64,000 nt of DNA from an uncultured bacterium (GTDB lineage: Bacteria; UBA8481), in assembly GCA_964637705.1 (NCBI GenBank), contig CAZWVM010000001.1, positions 29,985 through 93,984 on the forward strand, in the 5' to 3' direction. A program made the position numbers and the translations under genes. The notes beneath the pieces are model-generated. The model searched no databases, was not told where the DNA came from, and was given only the letters and a program-made list of their open reading frames with translations. How positions within the stretch are numbered: the first letter of the stretch is position 1; every line of letters starts with the position of its first letter. This document shows positions 8,952 to 17,900 of this stretch, one piece after another.

Positions 8952-11900
8952 GGCCTCCTCCTCCTCTCCCGTGCCGCGCGCGCCTTCGCGGCGCGCTCGT
9001 CCGCTTCCGCCGTCACGCCGGAAGTCCCGGCCGCGCCCTCGAGGAACGACGCCAGCGCGCTCACCGTCGGATGCTGGTACAGGGCGATGAGCGGGAAGGT
9101 GCGGGCGAGCCGTTCTTTCAGTGTCGCATGGGCGCGGACGATGAGCAACGACTGCGCGCCGATGTCGAAGAAATTCTCGTGGCGGCCGACGCGCGCCGCG
9201 TTCAGTAGACCGGCGAAGATCTCGGCCACGAGGCGCTCCGTGTCCGAGCAGGGCTCCTCGGCGCCGCCGGAGCTCTCGAGGCGGGACGCGTCCGGATCGG
9301 GAAGCCGCCGGCGGTCGATCTTGCCGTGCTCGGTCAGCGGAAAGGACTCGATCGGCACGAAGACCGCGGGCACCATGTAATCCGGAAGCTTCGCCTTCAT
9401 GAAGGAGCGGAGCGCCGTCGGCTCCGGCCGGATGCCGGGCGCGGGCACGAGGTAGGCGACGAGCCGCGTCCCGTCCGGGCTCGTGCCCGGGACGATGAGC
9501 GCCTCGCGGACGTCGGCGTGGGCGGCGAGCACCGACTCGATCTCCCCGAGCTCGATCCGGAAGCCGCGGATCTTGACCTGGTGATCAATCCGGCCGAGAT
9601 ACTCGATGTCGCCGTCGGGCCGGTAACGCGCCAGGTCGCCCGAGCGGTAATGGATCGCCGCGCCGCCCTCCTCGAGCGCCACGAACTTCTCGGCCGTCAG
9701 TTCCGGCCGGTTCAGGTAGCCGTTCGAGACCCCCGCGCCCGCGACATACATCTCGCCGGCGATCCCGATCGGCACGGGCTGCCGCCGGGCATCGAGGATG
9801 CGCACCGTGAGATCGGGGATCGGGACGCCGATCACGCTCCCCTTGCCGTCGAGATCCGCCCGGCCCAGCGCGCGATACGTGACGTGGACCGTCGTCTCGG
9901 TGATGCCATACATGTTCACGAGGAGCGGCTCGCGGTCGCCGAAACGGTCGAACCACGGCCGGAGGTTCTCGAGGTCGAGCGCCTCGCCTCCGAAGACGAC
10001 CGTGCGAAGCGACGGTCGATCCGGGGCGGCCGTGGCCACGGGGATGAGCTGCCGGAATGCCGACGGCGTCTGGTTCAGGACCGTCACCCCCTCGGCGACG
10101 AGCAGGCGATGGAACTCCGCCGGGGAGCGGCTGATCCCGAAGGGGACGACGACGACGCGGCCGCCGTGGAGCAGTGCGCCCCAGATCTCCCAGACCGAGA
10201 AGTCGAAGGCCACGGAGTGGAAGAGCGTCCAGACATCGCTTTCATCGAACCCGAACCAGTGCCTCGTCGCGGAGAAGAGACGGGTGACGTTGCCATGGGT
10301 CACGAGGCAGCCCTTGGGCTGGCCCGTCGAGCCGGAGGTATAGATGACGTAGGCCACGTCGGCGCGCGCGACGGCTATGCCCGGGCGCGTCGCCTCCTCG
10401 TCCGCGAAGGCCGCGCCCCGGTCCATGAGCACGGTCGCGGCCGTGGCGCCGGCGAGCCGATCGAGAAGTTTCTCCTCCGTGACGATGACCGGCGCTTCCG
10501 CATCCTCCATGATGAAGCGCAGCCGCTCCGGGGGATAGGCCGGGTCCATCGGGACATAGGCCGCGCCGGCCTTCAGAATCCCGAGGAGCCCGACGACGAG
10601 ATCCGGCGAGCGCTCGAGGAAGAGACCGACCCGCCGGCCCGGCGCCACGCCGCGCCTCGCCAGGTGCCGGGCCAGCCGGTTCGAGATCTCGTCGAGCTCG
10701 CGGTAGGTCATCTCCCGGCGCGCCCCGACCGGTTCCCCCGATTCGGCGACCGGCTGGAAGGAGACGGCGACGCGATCCGGCGTCCGGCCGGCCTGCTCCT
10801 CGAACCAGGCGACGAGCGTCTCCGGCGGCGTCGGCAACGGGCCGGGACGCGGGTTGAAGTCGACGAGGACCCGATGCCGTTCGGCCTCGGGCAGGATCGG
10901 GAGGTCCCCGATCGCGCACTCCGGGTCCCGGGCCGCACCCCCCAGCAGTTCGAGCAGGTGGTCGCGCATCCGCTCGATCCGGTCGCGGTCGAAGAGGTCG
11001 GTGTTGAAGACGATCGAGGCCGCGAGACCGTCCTCACGCTCTTCGAAGTTGAACTGCAGGTCGTACTTGCTGACCGGGTAGTCGTCGAAGAAGGTCTTCA
11101 CGGCGACGCCCGGCATCGCGATCTCCACGCGCCCCGCGTTCTGCATCACCGCGACGACGTCGAAGAGCGGCATGCGCGAGACGTCCCGCTTCAGGTCGAG
11201 ATCGTCCACGAGCCGGTCGAATGGATACTCCTGCCGCTCGTACGCCTCGGTCGTGGTGGCGCGCACCCGGTCGAGGAGACGCGCGAAGGATTCACCGGCC
11301 CGCACGTCGTCGCGCAGGGCGAGCATGTTGATGAAGAACCCGATCTGGTCCTCGAGATCGGCATGGGTCCGCCCCGCAACCGGCGTCCCGACGACGATAT
11401 CCTCCTGGCCGGTGTAACGGTGGAGCAGGACCTTCACGCCGGCCAGGAGCGTCATGAAGAGGGTGGCCGTGCGGGCGCGCGCGAGCGCCGCGAGCCGATC
11501 CGCGACGTCACGCCCGACCCGGAAGGAAATCGCAGCGCCGTTGTAGGTCTTGACCGGAGGCCGCGGACGATCGGCGGGCAGGTCGAGAACCGGCAAGGTC
11601 CCCCCGAACCGATCCCGCCAGTAGCGCCGATCCCCGTCGGTCTCCTCCGCGCCGAGGCGCGCGGTCTGCCACGCGGCATAATCGCGGTACTGGATCCGGA
11701 GCGGCTTCCACGACGGCGCCCGCCCCTCGACGAGCTCGCGGTAGCGCCCGAGGAACTCGCGCGCCAGGACCCCGAGGCTCCAGTCGTCCGAGACGATGTG
11801 GTGCATGGTGAGGAGGAGCACGTGGCGGTCCGCGGCGAGCCGCAGGAGGCCGACCCGGATGAGCGGGCCCGTCTCCAGTTCGAAGGCGGCGGCCGCGTCG

Positions 11901-14900
11901 CGGGCCGCCCGCTCGCGGGCCTCGGCCTCGGGATCGGGCCCGCCGGACAGATCGACGACCTCGATCCGCGCCTCGCCCGGGGCCCTGACCTTCTGCCGCG
12001 CCGCCTCGCCCTCGAGGACGAAGGTCGTCCGCAGGGACTCGTGCCGCGCCACCGTATCGGCGTAGGCTTGTTCCAGGAGGTCGATCCTCAACGGTCCCTC
12101 CAGGAGCAGCGCGGCCGGCATGTTGTATGCGACCGATCCCTCCTCGAGGCGCGAGAGGAGCCAGAGCCGGCGCTGGGCGTGGGAGAGCGGATACGACTCC
12201 GCCTCGGGCGTGCGCGCGATGCCGCGGTACTCGGCGCGCTCCATCGTGTCGATGCGCGCCGCGAGCTCGGCCACGGTCGGACGACCGAAGATCTCGCGGA
12301 GCGGCAGTTCCACGCCGAGATCGCGGTTGACGCGCGAGACGACGAGCGTGGCCTTGAGGCTGTGGCCTCCGAGATCGAAGAAGTTGTCGCGGGCCCCGAC
12401 CCGCTCGACGCCGAGCACCTCGCCCCAGATCGCGGCGAGCCGCGCCTCCGTCCCGGCCGCGGGCTCGACGAAGACGTCGCCGCGCGCGACGCGGGTCCGC
12501 GAGGGCGACGGCAGGCGGCGACGATCGACCTTGCCGGCCGGAGTCTGGGGCAGGGACCCGAGGAGCACGAAGTCCGAGGGCACCATGTAGGCCGGAACCT
12601 TGTCGCGCAGGAAGTCCTTCCACTCCGGCACCAGGTCGCGCCCGAGCGCCTCGCGCAGCGGATCGTTCGCGAAGTGGCTCCACCCGACGGCCGCATCCGG
12701 CGGGTCGGTCATGAGCGGCGCAAACGGAAGACCGCGGCGCACGAAGACAGCGTCGAAGGCGCCGTCCGGGGCGCCCGAGGCGAGGCTGAGCCGTACCTCG
12801 AACGGCGTTTCATCGGCCAGGCGCCAGAGGTCCTCGGGCTCGATGCCGTCCACGCCCGCCCTCCCCTGTTCCTCGCGAAGCGCCGCCACGGTCGAGGGAC
12901 GCTCGCGCGAGGTCATGAGCCGGAGAGCCCGTTCCTCGGGAGCGACCCGCGCATTCGCGATGCCGCGCAGGGCCACCACGTCGTCGGTCGCCTTCGAGAG
13001 CCGGTCGCGGATCGCCTCGGCGGAGGGCCGGCCTTCGTCGGACCAGTCGCGCCAGGGGGGCCGCGACTCGGTCGTCGGCTCGCCGAGGCGCAGGATGACG
13101 TCGTAGCGGAAGCGCGTCATCTCGTTCAGGCCGCGCCCCCGCTTCGGGAGAATCTCGACCGAGCGGATCGCGGGCGTGCGCCGCTTCAAGGCGAGGAAGA
13201 ACGCCGGGTCCACCGCCATCTCCTGCTCCGCCTCCATCTGACGCCGGACCCGGTCGGCCAGCTCGCCGGTGGCGAGGGACTCCTCGCTCTTATAGAGCTG
13301 GACCGAGGCGTGGAAGGTCTCGAGCATCGGCAGGCTCCGGACGTCACCGACGAAGATCGAGCCGCCGGGCGAGAGCGCGGCAATCGCGCCCTCGAGCACC
13401 TTCACGAGGTACTCGGGGCCCGGGAAATACTGCACCACGGAAGACAGGATGACCGTATCGACCGAGCCGCGCGGGATGTCGGCGAGGTCGTCGGCACGAC
13501 GCGCCTCGAGGACGGCGCGGTCGAGCCCCGGGACCCGCCGGCCCAGCTCCTCGTCGGCGCGCAGTTCCTTCAACCGGTCGATGGCGACCTGCGAGAGGTC
13601 GATGCCGCGGTAGGATTCGAGGTGCGGGAGGAGCGGGAACATGATGAGCCCGGTGCCGCAACCGATCTCGAGCACGCGGCGCGGCGCGAGGCCGAGGATG
13701 CGGCCGGTCGTGCCGTCGACGTATTCCCTCATCTCCTCGCGCGGGAGCGGGGCGTTGGTGTAGTTCGAATCCCAGCCGATGACGTTGAAGGTCGGATCGC
13801 CGTAGGTGAGCGACTCCTGGTAGCTCTTCTCGTGGAGTTCCTCCCAGAGCTTCACCTGCGCGGCGCGGATCCGTTCGATCCGTTCCCGGTTCGCCTCCCG
13901 GTCGGGCACGACGTAGGCGACGAGGCGGCGATCCCCCGGCTCGTCCTCCCTCACCACGACCGCGTTTTCGCGGACGGCCACGTGCCGGCCGAGCACGGCC
14001 TCGATCTCGCCCAGCTCGATCCGGAAGCCCCGGATCTTCACCTGGTCGTCCATGCGCGAGAGGCACTCGAGCAGGCCGTCCGGCCTCCAGTACCCGATGT
14101 CTCCGGTCCGGTAGAGGACGTCGCCCCGCCCCTCGCCGGCGTACGGGTTCGGGACGAAGGCGGCCCGCGTCTTCTCCTCGTCGCGCCAGTATCCCTCGCC
14201 GACGCCGATCCCGGAGACGGCGATCTCGCCGCGCACGCCGGGCGGCACAAGCCGGAGGTTCCGATCGAGGACGTACATCGTGAGGTTCGGCTGCGCGGTT
14301 CCGACCGTGACCGTCGTCGCCGCCGCGGAAAGCGGCGCCTCGATGATCGACTCGCAGGTGTCGTCGGCGGCCTCGGTCGGGCCGTAGGCGTTGACCAGGC
14401 GCTTGTCCGGGAAGAGCGAGAGCCAGCGGTTGACGAGCGCCACGGAGACGGCCTCGCCGGTGGCCATGGCCCACTCCAGGGCGGGCAGGCGGCGCTCCTC
14501 GGGCGAGAGTCGCGCCGCGTGGTCGAGGAGCGCATTCATGACCACCGGCACGAGCTCGATCACGGTGACCGCTTCGCGCCGGATGAGCTCGAAGAGCCGC
14601 TCGGCGTCGCAGACCGTCTCGTAGTCCGCGATCACGGTCCGGCCGCCGCAGAGAAGGGGCCCGATGAACTGCCAGACGGAGATGTCCGACGAAGCGGGGG
14701 CGCTCTGGAGAAAGGCCGAATCCCGATGGAAGGCCATGCGCCGGAACTGCCCGTAGACATGGTTGATCTTGCCGTCGTGCCGGATGATGGCGCCCTTGGG
14801 GAGTCCGGTCGAGCCCGAGGTGTAGAGCATGTAGGCCCGGTCCGAGGCGAGGTTGACGTGGTCGGGTGTCGTCGCGGGCTGTCGGGCGATCTCCTCCGAC

Positions 14901-17900
14901 CCGAGGAAGACGGCGCGCACGGCTTCCTTCGCCGCGAGGCAGCCGAGGCGCGTCCAGGCCGGCTCGCTCGTCAGGACCAGCGGGACGCCCGAGTTCTCCA
15001 GCATGTACGCGATGCGATCCTCGGGATAACCCGGGTCGATCGGCACGTATGCGGCGCCCGCCTTGAGGATGCCCACGAGGGCCGCGAGGAAGCCGATGCC
15101 GCGCGGCTCGAGGATCCCGACGAAGTCGTTGCGCCGGATCCCGGCGCCCCGGAGGAGGTGCGCGATGCGGTTCGCCTCGGCATCGAGCTCCGCGTAGGTC
15201 ACCCGGCGCCCGTTGTGCACGGCCGCGATCCGGCCGGGACCGGCCGCGACCTCGTCCTCGAAGAGCTCGTGCAGGGTGCGATGAACCGGGAACGCGGCGC
15301 GCTCGCCCGTGCCCATCGCGAGCATCGCCCGCTCCCCGGCGGCGTCCAGTACCGGGATCTCTGAGGCGCGGAGCCCGGGCCGGTCCGCGACGGCCGCCAG
15401 GAGCGTCTCGAAGTGCCGCACGAGCCGCCGGGCCGTCGATTCGTCGAAGAGGTCGGTGCTGTACTCGAGGACGCCGAGGAGCCCGCCCCCCGTCTCCCAC
15501 ATGTCGAGGACGAGATCGAACTGGGCGGTCGTGCGGCCGAACTCGATCGTCGCGACGTCGAGCCCCGGCATCTCGAGATTTCTCATCGGCGCGTTCTGGA
15601 GCGCGAACATCACCTGGAAGACCGGGTTGCGGCTGAGATCGCGTTCCGGCTGGAGTTCGTCGACGAGGCGCTCGAAGGGTAGGTCCTGGTGGGCGTAGGC
15701 ATCGAGCGCGGCCTGCCGGGCCCGCTCGACCAGCGCGACGAAGGACGGGTCGTCCCCGAGATCGAGGCGCAGCGCGAGCGTGTTGACGAAGAAGCCGACG
15801 AGCGGCTCGACCTCGGAGCGCGTGCGGTTGGCGATCGGCGTGCCGATGACGATGTCGGCCTGGCCCGAGAGGCGGGAGAGCAGGACGCTGAAGGAGGCCT
15901 GGAGCGTCATGAAGAGCGTGGCCGACAAGCGGCGCGACAGGTCGTCGAGGCGGCGCCTCACCCCCGGATCGATCTCGAAGCGGATCGATCCGCCCCGGTA
16001 GCTCTGGAGCGCCGGGCGCGGCCGGTCGGTCGGCAGCTCGAGCTCGGCCGGGATCCCGGCGAGACGCTCCTTCCAGTAGTCCCATTGCTCCCGGTACCGT
16101 TCACCCGCGAGCCACTCCCTCTGCCAGGCCGCGAAGTCGGCGTACTGGACCGCGAGCGGCGCGAGCGGCGAGGGACGGCCGGCGCGGAAGGCCTCGTAGA
16201 GGAAGGAGAGCTCGCGGACGAGAATCCCCATGGACCAGCCGTCGGCCGCGATGTGATGCATGGTCAGGAAGAGCACCCACGCGGCCTCGCCCGTCGCGAG
16301 AAGCTTCGCGCGCAGGAGGGGGCCGCGCTCCAGGTCGAAGACGCCCCGCGCCTCCTCGGCCCCGAGCCGCCGCACCTCGGCCTCGCCATCGACCGCTCCG
16401 CGCACGTCGATCCGCTCGAGCGCGAAGGACCCCTCCGGGTGGATGACCTGGACCGTCCGCCCTCCCTCCTCGCGGTACGTCGTCCTCAGGATCTCGTGCC
16501 GCCGCACGATCTCGGCCAGGCTTCCTTCCAGCGCGGCCTCATCGAGGTCTCCGCGGATCGCGAGCGCCACGGCGACGTTGTAGAAGGGATTGTCCGGCTC
16601 GAGTCGGTTGAGGAACCAGAGCCGCTCCTGGGCGTAGGAGAGCGGAAGGGACTCGGCGCGCGAACGAACGATCATCGGCATCGGCCCGGCCGGGCTCGCC
16701 GCGACCGGGCCGGCCTCTTCCTCGACGGCCGCGGCCAGTTGCTCCACGCGGGAGCCGGAGAAAATCCGACGGAGCGGCAGGTCGATGGAGAAGCGCTTCC
16801 GGAGCCGCGAGACGAGCTGGGTGGCGAGGAGCGAGTTGCCCCCGATCGCGAAGAAGTCGTCGCGCAGGCCGACCCGTTCCCGGCCCAGCACCTCGGCGCA
16901 GATCGCGGCGACCGCCGCCTCCGTCTCGCTCCGCGGCGGCACGAACCCCTGCTCCGCGTCGGAGCGGCCGGGCGCCGGGAGCGCCCGCCGGTCGAGCTTG
17001 CCGTTCGCGGTGATGGGCAGGGCGTCGAGCACGACGATGTGAGACGGCACCATGAAGTCCGGCAGAACCCGGGCGAGATCCTCCCGGCCCGGCCCGGCCC
17101 TCGATACGTCCCGGCGGACGACGTAGGCGACGATCTCCTTCCGGCCCGGCGCGTCCTCGCGCACCAGGACGCACGCCTCCCGGGCGTTCTCGTGGCGGAG
17201 CAGCGCGGCCTCGATCTCCACCGGTTCGACCCGGAAGCCGCGGATCTTGGCCTGGTCGTCGAAGCGGCCGAGAAACTCGATCGCTCCGCCCGCGAGCCAG
17301 CGCGCGCGATCGCCGGTCCGGTAGAGGCGATGGCTCTCACCGTCGAGCGAAACCTCGAAGAACCGTTCCGCGGTCAATTCGGGCCGGTTCACGTACCCGA
17401 TCGCCAGGCCGTCCCCGCCGGTGTACAGCTCGCCCGGCACGCCGACCGGGACGCGGTTCCGGCGGGCATCGAGGATGAAGACCGAGGTGTTCGCGATGGG
17501 GCGGCCGATCGGGATCGAGCCCGCGTATTCCCGTCCCCGCTCCGCCTCGTGGCAGCACGTGAACGTCGTGTTCTCGGTGGGGCCGTAGCCGTTGACGAAG
17601 CGGCACGTCAACTCCGCCAGCACGCGATTCACGTGCGGCACGGATAGGACGTCGCCGCCGGCCAGGAGCCATTTCAGGGAGCGAAGGTCCTCGAGGCACT
17701 CGTCCACGACGAGGCTGAAAAGGCTCGCGGTGAGCCAGAGCGTCGTGACGCCGTGATCGCGGACGAGCGCGCCGATCTCGGCGGGCGTCAAGAGTCCCGG
17801 CGGCGCGATCACCAGCCGCCCGCCATTGAGGAGCGGGCCCCAGATCTCGAGCGTGGAGGCGTCGAAGGAGATCGGGGCGAGCTGGAGAAAGACATCCGCG

